From: Mycobacterium leprae TN
Lineage (GTDB): Bacteria; Actinomycetota; Actinomycetes; Mycobacteriales; Mycobacteriaceae
Assembly (NCBI RefSeq): GCF_000195855.1
Contig: NC_002677.1
Coordinates: 2,340,001-2,372,000, forward strand
Direction: 5' to 3'
Length of the DNA stretch: 32,000 nucleotides
The notes under the pieces: generated by a model
The model's database searches: none
Told to the model about the DNA's origin: nothing
Seen by the model: only the letters and a program-made list of their open reading frames with translations
Translations under genes and position numbers: made by a program
Shown here: positions 22,400 through 32,000 of the stretch, one piece after another
How the letters are laid out: every line of letters begins with the position of its first letter
How positions within the stretch are numbered: position 1 is the first letter of the stretch

Positions 22400-23197
22400 G
22401 TCGACGCGAACGGGCTCAGATTCGCCTAATTTCTAGGAAGGCTCGGGGGCAACTTGTGCGCATGCTGCATGGCTTTCCGGAACGGCCGCACTCCTGGGAC
22501 GATTTTCGTCCACGGATCGCCGCGCAAGGGTACCCGCGCGGTCAGCCCGTTTGTGCGCCGGGCACCATCCCACAAAAATCCCTGATCGCGAGACAAATCA
22601 AAATATCCTAGCGCGATCTGCTTGCCTTGATCGAAGCGTTCGGCGCCCGCGATGTCACCATCATTGGACACGATTGGGGCGCCTCGGCCGGATACGGCGC
22701 CATGACGCTCGATCGAGATCGAGTGAAAAAACTCTTTGTTATCGACATTCCGCACCCAGCAGCGCTCAAACCCTCGCCAATGAAGTGTTAGGGAGTGTTC
22801 AGCACTTTCGTTGACATACCAGCGGCCGGTAGCTCCAAACCTATTCGCGAGCTATGACTTCGCGGTGCTACCTACCACCTATCGGATATGGTCCACCAAG
22901 GTGGAACCCGAATCCAATCAAGTTTGACGCCGTACGTGCCAGTTTCTCAAAACCCCGGCGAGCGTAAACGCGGCGTTCGGCTACTATCAAAAGCTCTCCC
23001 CTATACTCAACCACATCGCTGAAAAGCGCAGATCACCCTGCCAGTGGTCGCGTTTGCGGGCTTCGGTGGTCCGATTGCCGAAACACACGGACCACCGGGG
23101 CGCCGCTCAGATGGTCGAAAATAAGTACGTCATCGAGGAAGTCCTTGGGCATTTAGCATTCCGAGGCGTTTGTCAAGCGGATTTTGGTTCATCTGTG
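22400..23197 (+). pseudogene. alpha/beta-fold (epoxide-hydrolase-like) hydrolase pseudogene
   Basis: VDANGLRFA(stop)...LVRMLHGFPERPHSWDDF..AAQGYRAVSP... (frameshifted) is followed by LLALIEAFGARDVTIIGHDWGASAGYGAMTLDRDRVKKLFVIDIPHP, the nucleophile-elbow region, and a C-terminal PVVAFAGFGGPI. Several stops and frameshifts are present. Confidence 0.6.
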
Positions 23198-23699
23198 AGC
23201 TCAGATCGGCACTGCACCGCTTCACCATAAGCCGGAATCGCCCTCGAATCGCAACCGGACTTTCGCACATTTTGCTCAACAGCGACCAGGTTCGTGGCCT
23301 ATCAGAATGGACGGACATGAGTCTCACGTGACGATCACGAGGCAGGGAAGCTTGACGACCCATCATGTTGCCATGCCAGCGTGCGATCCATCTGCTGTGT
23401 TCGATGTGTCGACCTCACGTACACTAGGGGCCGCGGTGGCGCGACCCGGCTCAGAGCGCAGCCAGGATGTAAGACTACATGTTCCAATCGACCACAGAAC
23501 GTGGATCCATTTTCAGGTGCTTCATCGGTTGCGGCGTTTTCTGTTAGACTTCTAGAATCTGGTCGACTGGAGTTGACTCCATCGCTCAGCGAAGCTGAAC
23601 TTCAAGTCCTCGGTGGTAAACCCGTCACGGTGCAGGGTGCGTTGAGGTGACAACGCACGCACGTTTTACGTACGCTTGCAAGTATGCAAGAGCAGTACA

Positions 23700-25860
23700 T
23701 AAATGAAATCCATAGGCCATAATCCGGCCTCTAGAAAGGTTAGTTCATAACTAGCCGACATCGCTGGGCAAGACCCGGACCTTGGTGCTTCGGTGTTATT
23801 CGCTAATACCAGCGGGCAGTGAAGAAGTGTCGATGCAGGATGCACTAGCGCCCATCTAACGATACCACATAGATGTTGGCTTCCAATAGCTCTGCGCAAC
23901 AAGAACTCTTGCAAACCGACATGGTGTTGATAACTATCTCGCGCACGTATTTCGCAGGTTGACGACACCGCAACAGATACTTTGCCGTTCGGCGTGGCGA
24001 CCCATGCGGTCTCGAATGATTTTGTCGAATAGATCGGGCGCAAGCACGGACGCGTATATGATGCGCGCGAAAGAGTTAGGTTCCGGCACGCACGACACCG
24101 ATGATGAGCCAATTGGTCGACACCCCAGTTGCCGGGAGACAACAGGAACGACTGCCCCTGCAGTCACCAACGCTGCACCGTCGGCGCTTGGCACCGACAT
24201 TGCCCCACTGAGCTCGATGGGCCAGAGCACACAAGCGAGCGCCAGCTCCACATCATGGCTAGTGTCGTCGTAGTCGCCCAAGGTCAGGACGACTACGACG
24301 ACAGCGAAGAGCCCGAGGACGAAGAAGCCGGTTACGGTCACATGCTGTATCAGCCTTCTGCACAGGAAGACTCGCTAGAATTTGGTGGGGATGATCAGCG
24401 TCCTCAACCTTGCCCGGTAAGTTTCATCGTCTGGGCGGTGCCGTGCTCCTACTCGACAGCGGTGGCGGGGTTCCGGCGTATTCATACGTCTCCGCTCAAA
24501 GCAACATCATAGGCAACTGTTGCACCGGTAACCATTGGCGGCAAGCACCCGTCAAGAAGTAGCAACCGATGTGCTCATCCCTGGACCCGAAGCGTCTCTT
24601 ACGCTTGCTCTGCTACTCGAATGGCAAAGGAGATGCCGTGACCAATCCCGCACTGGCCACAAATGTTGCGCAACATGATGGTCCCGGACCGCATGACTGG
24701 GTAGCCAGGAGCTCTGTGCCTTCTTGCTCAAGCACTCAGAGAATGCGCCAATGAGCACAGACGAACTTCAGCAATTGAAAGGGTTGATCCTCATTTCGCG
24801 CCTAGAGATGGTTAACACCCTTGGTGTAGTAGCGGAAAAGCAGAAGGTGGTTTAGCTCCGGACGAGAATCCGTCCCGATTTACAGCCCGTAATAAACCTG
24901 CCAACCACGAGTTTCCTAGCCTATCGCTCACTCGCTGTGGGTGAACAAGCCGAGGAGTAATCCAGAAAACACTTCACTATTCGAGACTATCGATGGTTTA
25001 ACGACAGCTGTGTCAAGCTCGCAAAACTGCGCTATGTGCGGCGCGTGGCCAGCGCCGCTTTATATTGCCGTCGGCGTCAATAACCACGACAGCTCGTGCC
25101 AGAAAACCGAACATCGGGCTATCGGCGATGGTGACAGCATGGAGTGCCCACTGTATACTGCAGAAAGCCGATCATCGATAGGACTCTGGCTGGTAGAGTG
25201 ATAACCACTTGATAACGTGGATATTCCGAGTCAGTAGGTTGATCGACAGGATCATCTGCACCAGATCGGCACAGACCGTTCGATGGGTAATATCCACTCG
25301 TACCGAGGATCGGGTAGAGCCCGAGATGTATTTGCAAGTGGGAAATATCGTTGCTGTCTAGCTTGACAGGGATGAAGCGTTCCCCCGTAAAGTCTGACAT
25401 CTGATTGATTACGGTGATTTACGGCCTCCGTAGGTGTGGGAGGCTCATCAGAAAAATCTTCAACCGCGTCTTTTGGCTGCTGCGGTCGTAAGTACAGCGG
25501 CGAGCTCGCGATCGCGCAGCACGGCATCGAACTGTTCAGCGTGGCGCAGACAGCTCTGGCGTGAACAACGGCACCACTATGGTGCCCGCCTTGACCGCTA
25601 CGTAGAACCCGGCAACGTAGTCGATGCTTTGCGGCGCACAGGATGATAACCCGATCGTCGTGACCTGTGAATTGTTGGATATGTACACCGATGGTTTGCA
25701 GTCGGGCACCGCATTAGGCCCAAGTTAATTCAATGGCCTGTCCGATCAGCGCGGACGTAATCCAGGTACCCGATACGCTGTCGCGTCACCTACATCTGCC
25801 ACGTTCAGCGTTCGATGAGAGAGATCAGCGTGGTGTCAGGCGACCAACACAACACTACCA
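23700..25860 (-). pseudogene. fatty-acyl-AMP ligase (FadD/FAAL-type) pseudogene, heavily decayed
   Basis: Minus-strand fragments in changing frames are ..IELTWAQ.. (cf. LTW.QL), IDYVAGFYVAVKAGTIVVPLFTPEL (cf. ...F.G.L.AG..AVPL..P), AAVLTTAAA (cf. ILTTS), IGFLQYTVGT (AMP-binding motif LQYTSGST), ..RIIYASVLAPDLFD.. (cf. IIIRGRN.YPQDIE) and LVLANNTEAPRSGS (cf. VLV.PG.IP.TSSGK). Only the N-terminal third (25130-25860) is convincing. The 3' limit is approximate. Confidence 0.5.
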
Positions 25861-26156
25861 TCGGCATCCAAACAGTCCTCGATCACTAACAGGCCTTTTG
25901 GAGCCACGGAGTCCTGCCCGGTAACCGTAATCTATAGACGCAACTATAAAACCCGCCAATGAGACGCTAACTGTTACGCGACAGACTTGAAACTTGTTTC
26001 GTGTATTCGAGTTTCGAGATCCAGCCGAACAGAGCCAGTGCCAAACCCACCACAAAATCGGCTTCAGATGGACGCCAAGCAGGAGCATCTGTGGACCCTA
26101 ACGACCACAACATCTCAACCACGACCACCGAAAGCGCGCAGGCTTGGGTACTCACC

Positions 26157-26480
26157 TACCGCGAGCTGTATCGGTCCAAGCTAGTGCAAGCAATCCTCAC
26201 CGTTCTTGGTGACGTGCTGCTCGTTGCCTCAATTCCGATGATCGTACTGCTTCCCGAATTAGGCATATACCGGTGCTGTTGGTGGCGCTTCGCTTTCCTA
26301 CACTCTAAGCTGATTCAGTCACGCGCCTATGCGTGGACGGATTGGTGCTTCATCCAGCTGCAGTAACTGGCTCCACCGGCAATCACAACGTGTCCGCGTG
26401 GCAATCCTGATCGGGTTGCTCATTGCAGCCGCACTTGTGTGGTTGATCGTCTACCAGTTTGTCCAATGTCGTAGGTTGGT
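26157..26480 (+). pseudogene. PGPGW-motif small membrane protein pseudogene (TIGR02611-like)
   Basis: VLGDVLLVASIPMIVLLPELGIYRCCWWRFAFLHSKLIQSRAYAW resembles G..LL.AGI.M.VLPGPG.L.I..GLA.LA.EF.WA.R.L. The PGPG motif is degraded to PELG. A frameshift precedes a second hydrophobic segment, AILIGLLIAAALVWLIVYQF. Confidence 0.35.
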
Positions 26481-26596
26481 TGATCTCCCTAAGACAAGAT
26501 GTCACCCATCCAGAGACTCCATCATAGCGCAAGAAAGACGGCAGGGTAGTCAACCTGACGAGGAGACAGGCCCGACAGTACACACGACACGACCTA

Positions 26597-27130
26597 ATGT
26601 CGCACCTCACCAGGCTATGTGTCCGCTACGTCAAACGCTTTATGCCAGATCCGTACTTATTCGCTGCCATCCTTACCATCATTGTGGTGATGCTTACCGC
26701 GCCGCTCGTCAGAGACACGACGGCCGCCAGCATGTTCAAAGCGCGGTACAGCGGAGTATGGGGATCGCAGCATATCTTCCACCTTCACGTTACAGATGGT
26801 GCGGGTCCTAGTGACTGGGCTACACGCTGGCCTAGGCTACCTGTTCTGAGTAGCGCCATCGTCCATATCGGAGTAAACTTAAGAATTAGGTGCAAGGCAC
26901 TCTAACCTGCGTTTCGCCCTCAACGCCGCCCTTTTCTTGCTGAACCGAGGACTTGGTCTCGTATCGGGTACTCTAGTCGCCCACCAGGTCGCGAAGCGAC
27001 TAGTGGGCGCCATTTCAGCTATCTCATCACAGCGGCATTTATGGGCAGCAGTGGTCTTCGTATGCGCTCTGGCTCCGTACATCGACATTTAATGGTGAAC
27101 CGTTCGCGGCACGGGAAGATGCAGTGGACG
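26597..27130 (+). pseudogene. short-chain fatty acid transporter (AtoE family) pseudogene, N-terminal third only
   Basis: MSHLTRLCVRYVKRFMPDPYLFAAILTIIVVMLTAPL resembles E. coli AtoE ISRFMTRFVSRWLPDPLIFAMLLTLLTFVIALWL as recalled. After frameshifts, LNAALFLLNRGLGLVSGTLVAHQVAKRL resembles VACVINWGFGLVVGAMFAREVARRV. About 300 C-terminal codons are missing. Confidence 0.6.
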
Positions 27131-27142
27131 ACGTAGCCAACA

Positions 27143-27159
27143 TGTGAATATTATTCACA
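27143..27159. promoter_or_regulatory. CRP-like palindrome TGTGA-N7-TCACA (candidate operator)
   Basis: TGTGAATATTATTCACA has perfect 7-bp arms (TGTGAAT/ATTCACA) and a 3-nt centre. A third half-site TGTGAATA lies at 27188-27195. The site is about 260 nt upstream of the intact SRPBCC ORF. The spacing is one nt longer than the canonical CRP TGTGA-N6-TCACA. Confidence 0.2.
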
Positions 27160-27417
27160 CGGCTGAAGAGAGACGGCTACACCATACTGTGAATAGATTA
27201 CATCTAGGGTTCAACTACCTTACTGCAGTGGTGTTTTAAGTAGAATTCTAGCTATGTTCCGACGATTCGTCCCGACATTGTGATGCCAGCATTGCAACCG
27301 TGGCAGCGTGATTCGCCTGGTGAGTATGCACGTGGCATAACCCCGCCAGGTTCACACACGATTTCCGAAGTAAGTTACCCAGCAACACCATTCAGCTTTC
27401 TCACCAGGGAGAAAGAC

Positions 27418-27885
27418 ATGTCGAATCGGAAATTCTCATTCGAGGTGACCCGTACTAGTAGCGCTTCTGCCGCAGTCTTATTCCGACTTGTGACGGATGG
27501 CGCCAACTGGGCGAAGTGGGCCAAGCCGATAGTCCTTCAATCAAGTTGGGCACGCCTTGGTGATCTGAGACCAGGCGGCATCGGAGCAGTCCGCAAGATA
27601 GGGATATGGCCCATACTGGTACGCGAGGAGACCGTCGAATACGAGCAGGATCGTCGGCACCTCTACAAGCTGATCGGACCTCCGAACCCAGCCAAGGACT
27701 ACCTCGGCGAGGTACTTTTAGCGCCGAATGCAGCAGGTGGTACCAACATCCACTGGAGTGGTTCGTTTACCGAGAACATTCCTGGAACAGGGCCGGTGAT
27801 GCGGGCAGCGCTAAAGGGTGCGGTTCGGTGTTTAACGGTCCGGTTGGTAAAGACGGCTGAACGCGAGTCGGACGGTGTTCAGTAA
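27418..27885 (+). CDS. SRPBCC (START/polyketide-cyclase-like) family protein, apparently intact
   Basis: The 155-aa frame runs from the ATG at 27418, preceded by the SD-like GGGAGAAAG (27408-27416). The pattern FSFEVTRTSSASAAVLFRLVTDGANWAKWA...VREETVEYEQDRRHLYKLIG...GTNIHWSGSF is typical of SRPBCC ligand-binding proteins. The ORF-track upstream extension (27280) lacks any such support. Confidence 0.65.
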   Translation: MSNRKFSFEVTRTSSASAAVLFRLVTDGANWAKWAKPIVLQSSWARLGDLRPGGIGAVRKIGIWPILVREETVEYEQDRRHLYKLIGPPNPAKDYLGEVLLAPNAAGGTNIHWSGSFTENIPGTGPVMRAALKGAVRCLTVRLVKTAERESDGVQ

Positions 27886-28100
27886 CTTTAATACCTTCAG
27901 GATCAAGGTTTTTCGTTTCGCTAGTCTTGGTAACCAAGATAAAAGGTCGTCACATTCGTTTGGCTCAGTCGCCGATCAAGCTCGTTGGGATCTGAGGGAA
28001 TTGCGCCAGCAGTGGTGCAACATTTGAGCAGTTACGTGCAGCCAACCTAGTACTGGTATTTCTTGGTCATGTGCTCGATGACCTGTAGCTACGATTGCGC

Positions 28101-29140
28101 TCAGTTATCCCGTGCCTGGTTGGCTCGCATAGCGGCATCACGTGCCGGTTGAGCCTGGCCCTGAAAGTGCGACATCATTTCAGTGGCGAACAACTCGACA
28201 GACCATTTGTATGCTGTCGATGGGCTGCGTGTGGGCCATCGACAGCATACAACCGAATCCGCCAGACTGTATCCTACAGCCGCTGTACCGACACAAGTAC
28301 CCGCCCCAGGGTACATGACAACGGTTACCCGATTAATTCATTATTGATGATGTCGATCACTTCGTCGAGCTAATCACCCGACATAGTCATCTGCGGGCAT
28401 GCAGTTACTATTCTGTAAGTGCCGAAACCACGCCTCGAAGCCGAATTTCACGTAGGCTCGAGCCTACTCATCCGTCTCGGCGATATGAAAAAGACTGACT
28501 AGAGGACCAGTTCGTGCTGTCGATTTTCGTCCCAAAAGCTGCGGCGCACTCTTCGACGACGCCCCAGTGGTAGGCGAGCACGTAGAAACTTTCAATTATC
28601 AATGTTGTTCTGATGGACAACAGACCGATACCGTGCTTGCCCGCCACCCGCATACCGGTCAGTGAGGCGACTACAGCAACCGGCCACTGGAATCCCGCCG
28701 CTGGAGTACGCAGCGAACTGCAGCTGAGCATCGAATAACTGATTGTGTGGCGGTCTTGGCAGTAACAGTTTCCCCGGCCAGGAGACCACACGAGAATGTC
28801 CCTTGGTTGGTTTCGAAAAATTCATGCTTATCAATGGAAGTTAACCCGATCCAGCAGTATCAACCGGTCGACTACCCAGAACTGGTTACGGTACACGAAC
28901 GAGATGACCCCAGTACCCAGGCCGGACCAGCTTGGCCCGTTGCTCAGCGGCAGCGATGAAGCCTCGGGTACACTAATGATCTCGCTACCGGCCGTGTGAT
29001 GCTCACCCGTAATACTTCGTCGAAGCCGATAGACGCAAGACGCTCTATGAACTCCAAGTCACATTGGAGCGCGAAAGTGGGATTTGTGCCCGCGCGGTGG
29101 AATGAGGCGATGAAATATTCAAACTCGAGCTTGGCCACTG
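28101..29140 (-). pseudogene. luciferase-like (LLM) flavin monooxygenase pseudogene
   Basis: KLEFEYFIASFHRAGTNPTFALQCDLEFIERLASIGFDEV resembles LKFGYF.APFH..G.NPT.AL..DLELI..LD.LGFDE.W.GEHH. VAVVASLTGMRVAGKHGIGL resembles the VA..I..LDHL.RGR...G.G region. The C-terminus WSVELFATEMMSHFQGQ resembles SYELFA..VMP.FQG. These lie in different frames separated by stops. Confidence 0.55.
28207..28252. repeat. perfect 17-bp inverted repeat with 12-nt spacer inside the LLM pseudogene
   Basis: TTGTATGCTGTCGATGG (28207-28223) and CCATCGACAGCATACAA (28236-28252) are exact reverse complements. This produces mirror peptides (VCCRW...PSTAY) in ORFs on both strands. Confidence 0.9.
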
Positions 29141-29801
29141 CGGTCCCCCGCACTCTAAGTGACAAAACATAACCCCAACACAACGGCCAGACCAATGCAA
29201 CGGCTAGACTTTAGAGTCCGACAGCCGACCTCATGGTGTGCTCAGCCACGAGCAAACAGTTGCCGAGTGGGTATGCCTAACGATATCGACACATCGCACC
29301 CTTATGTACCAGCCGTCACACACGTTGGCAATGCGACCGACCGCCACCGACGCCAAGGGTGGTGCCCAGCCTCCGCCATTGGGGCCACCAGCTTCTGACG
29401 TTGTGGATGGTGTCGGCACAGCTCTAGAAGACAAAACGTCGCCGTAGTTGTTGGCGCTGTGGTGCTGCTTGACGCCTTATTACCGTCACCACCGCATCCA
29501 GAACCCCGCTACCAACCGAGCGTGACTACACTGGAAAGAAGTACGAACGCCATCATAGGCTGATGTGCCCACCAAACCCATTTCCGTTCCGCCTGCTTTT
29601 CCCACCCCCATAATGAACGTGAGCAAACGGATTGTGGGCTACTACAGAAGACAAGCAACTGGTATAGGCATTTTTCAAATCGAGGCGACCTAGTATCACT
29701 CACCTAGCACCGCTATCGCAAGTTCCAATACTCCAATATAATATTCAATATTTCTCCGATATTCCGCTTGGCCTTCCCCGACCGGCGGTCAGCGGTGTCC
29801 T

Positions 29802-32000
29802 TTACCCCTCCTTGGTGATCAACCGCCGCAGCGCGACGCGATCGGGGGTAAGCAGCTCAACAAGCCGCGGGTGGTTCACCTCAGCGACGATGATCTCGCC
29901 CACCTCCTGATAAACCTCGCTGAAGATGCCGTGAGATTTCATCTTGGAAGTCTGATAGAGATTATCCTCGGTTGGAGTGACGTAAATCACCGTGTCAGCC
30001 TTGAAGCGGTGCACCAGCCAGAAATGGATCAAGGTCATCAGTCGCTTCTGGCGAAGCTTTTCGGCGAAGGTGTTCTGGTCGCGCACTTGAAGGATGCTGC
30101 GGCCGCGGCGATCCTTGATCGGATCAACGATGACGTTGGCCAGCTGCTCGTCACCGTTGCCGTAGATCCCGAGTTCGAGCACATCCGAGCCGGCGCGGCG
30201 TGGCCGCAGTTGCACGCGGAGTTTCTCGCCAAGCTGGTAGTGCTCACTCCACAATGCCAGCCATTCCTCTAGCAGCTTCTTCGGCACCTCGGTCTGCACA
30301 AGATGCTGGTGCTGGGTCGAACCTTTGCCCATGGCCTTGGTTGTCGCCGTACGTCCGGAGGACGCAGCCAGCGCTGCATCGCTACGCGGGCCGCCGACCA
30401 GGGTCTGCGGTGTGCGGTAGGGCGATTCGACCAGGCGCATCTTGCGTTGCAACCGAGCCAACGCCAGCATGCCGTCCTGCCGCAGCGCGGTGGCGAACTC
30501 CTCGGCAGCGACGCCGTCGATCTGATGTCCGCCATAGGTAATGAAGTTGAAGACGAAGCCCATTTTCCCAAGCTCTTCGGGAAAGCGCTTCATCTCCTCA
30601 TCACTCATACCGGTGGTATCCCAGTTGAACGACGGCGAGAGATTGTAAGCCAGCATTTGCTCTGGGAACTCGGCGTGGATCGCCTCGGCGAACTGCCGGG
30701 CGTCGGCCAAATCAGCGGTCTTGGTCTCCATCCAAAGGATGTCGGCGAACGGCGCTGCCGCTAACGACTTGGCTATCGCATACTGAATACCGCCGCGGAT
30801 TTGGTAGTAGCCTTCTGGAGTCTTCGCCAGCTCGCAATCCCAACCGGGGTCGACACCCAATTCCTTGGCCTTTTCGCGTGCAGCGTACAGAGACGCCCGC
30901 CCAACAAATCGCCGCCACTCCTCGGGGCTCATGCCGATCAGCTCGCCTTCGCTCTCGCCGAATTGGAGCATTTCTTCCACGGCTTCGCCGTAGGTCATCA
31001 GCCCGGCGTCCTTCTCCCAAGCGGCCAATAACCGATATTCAACTTGTTCGAAGAGATCGTCGATCGATTGCTTTCCGTTTTCCTGCCAAGCATTGACGGT
31101 ACCGGAGACCTGGGCCAGAATCCCTTGGCGATCAAGCCACGCGCTCGCAGCAGCATATTCGCCATCGCCTAACGCGTAGAGGAGATGGCCATGGAGTTCC
31201 TTAACTCCCAGCTCGTAGAAACACCGCACCAACGCCAGGAAACAAGCCTTGTAAGAAGGAATCTTCAGATTGGTGGCGCCCAGCAAGAACGGCTGGTCTC
31301 GCTCATCGGCGCGACTGTCGATCAAGTTGGCCGCCTCGGCATCTGTACGCGCGACGATGATGCCGGGCACCCGCATAATGTCGAGCTGGAAGCGGGCGGC
31401 GTTGAGGCGCTTGATTTGTTCGTCCGAAGGCACTAGAACCTTCCCGCCCTGATGGCCACACTTCTTGGTACCCGGGCGCTGGTCCTCGATGTGGTATCCT
31501 GGAACGCCGATCTCAACAAATCGGCGGATCAGGTTGCGTACGTGCGAGTCACCGCCATGTCCCGTGTCGGCGTCGGCGATGATGAATGGGCGGTAGTCAT
31601 ACGCCGGAGTGGCGGCACGCTGCTGTTCAGTCATGTGTAACCGCAGGTACTGCTGATTGCGGTCAGCAGCCAGCAGGGCGCGCACCAGTACCGCGGCATC
31701 ATCTGGCACCTGGCTCAGGGGGTAGCTGGCGAGATCAGGACCGGGATCTTCGGTGATGGAACCCTTAGCTGAGGTTGCCCAGCCGCCTAGATAGATCGCC
31801 TCGATGCCCATCCGCTTAAGGCTGACTGCTTGCCCTGGCGAATAGGGGCCGAACGTCGTAACGCTCTTGCCGGCCGCGAATAGCTCGCGCAAGCGAGCGT
31901 AGAAAGCTGTCGCGGCGTCTCGTGCCACGGTGTAATCGGTGGGGATGGTGCCGCGTTGTTCTACGACCTGGCGGGCTGTATAAAGGCGAATAATCCCGGC
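29802..32000 (-). CDS. aceA: isocitrate lyase, long two-domain form (ICL2); 5' end lies beyond the window
   Basis: It is near-identical over its whole length to M. tuberculosis AceA (Rv1915/Rv1916 product) as recalled, including [18 protein letters not shown] and the C-terminus ...[30 protein letters not shown]. The frame stays open upstream of the ORF-track GTG (31928) to position 32000 (..[28 protein letters not shown]..), matching residues about 35 onward of the orthologue. Confidence 0.95.

Noticed and set aside
25119-25400. MSDFTGERFIP... resembles the N-terminal TGERFIP motif of some class I SAM methyltransferases.
   Set aside because: The same ORF ends in IGFLQYTVGT (AMP-binding motif LQYTSGST). 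It is flanked upstream by FadD N-terminal motifs (ELTWAQ, AGTIVVPLFTPEL, VLTT) in the right order, so it is part of the FadD/FAAL pseudogene.
28101-28316. The minus-strand ORF ending ...FATEMMSHFQGQAQPARDAAMRANQARDN initially looked like a WXG100/Esx-family remnant (W-x-x ... AY..W pattern).
   Set aside because: The W...STAY pattern is generated on both strands by the 17-bp palindrome. The tail SVELFATEMMSHFQG fits the C-terminus of LLM monooxygenases (SYELFA..VMP.FQG), collinear with the LLM fragments upstream (28468-29140).

Overview
This window is Mycobacterium leprae chromosome. Positions 2722-2792 and 2846-2974 match, base for base, the published RLEP diagnostic primer and probe sequences as I recall them, and RLEP is M. 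leprae-specific. All calls below are by-eye homology and motif reading, with no computed alignments or statistics.

The window has three parts.
(1) 1-10.5 kb is intact housekeeping sequence: desA2 (5' partial), glyA and coaA; a full-length RLEP repeat; the truA-rplQ-rpoA-rpsD-rpsK-rpsM-rpmJ-infA cluster on the minus strand; then rmlB-rmlC and a 19-kDa-antigen-family lipoprotein.
(2) About 10.7-29.8 kb is a reductive-evolution pseudogene desert. I recognise 13 decayed genes: multicopper oxidase, PPE, PE, RT/maturase, SAM-methyltransferase, GH16 glucanase, SDR, CDF efflux, alpha/beta hydrolase, FadD/FAAL, PGPGW membrane protein, AtoE-like transporter and LLM oxidoreductase. Only two ORFs look intact, a low-GC APC permease and a small SRPBCC protein.
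(3) 29.8-32 kb is the intact long-form isocitrate lyase (ICL2, aceA), which runs off the window end.

I see no intact novel multi-gene system such as a defence island, CRISPR array or toxin-antitoxin pair.

The most interesting structure is a 2.39-kb element at 13508-15896. It has CTAG-capped inverted termini and carries a frameshifted group-II-like reverse transcriptase/maturase. Its two non-coding ends look collinear with, and homologous to, the two halves of the ORF-less RLEP repeat at 2641-3335. That suggests RLEP is an internally deleted, non-autonomous derivative of an RT-encoding element.

Other points of note:
- A perfect 23-bp palindrome lies exactly over the RT catalytic (Y)ADD box, and a second perfect 17-bp palindrome lies inside another pseudogene.
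- RLEP sits at a synteny breakpoint and supplies the truA stop codon.
- truA has no canonical start codon at the expected position.
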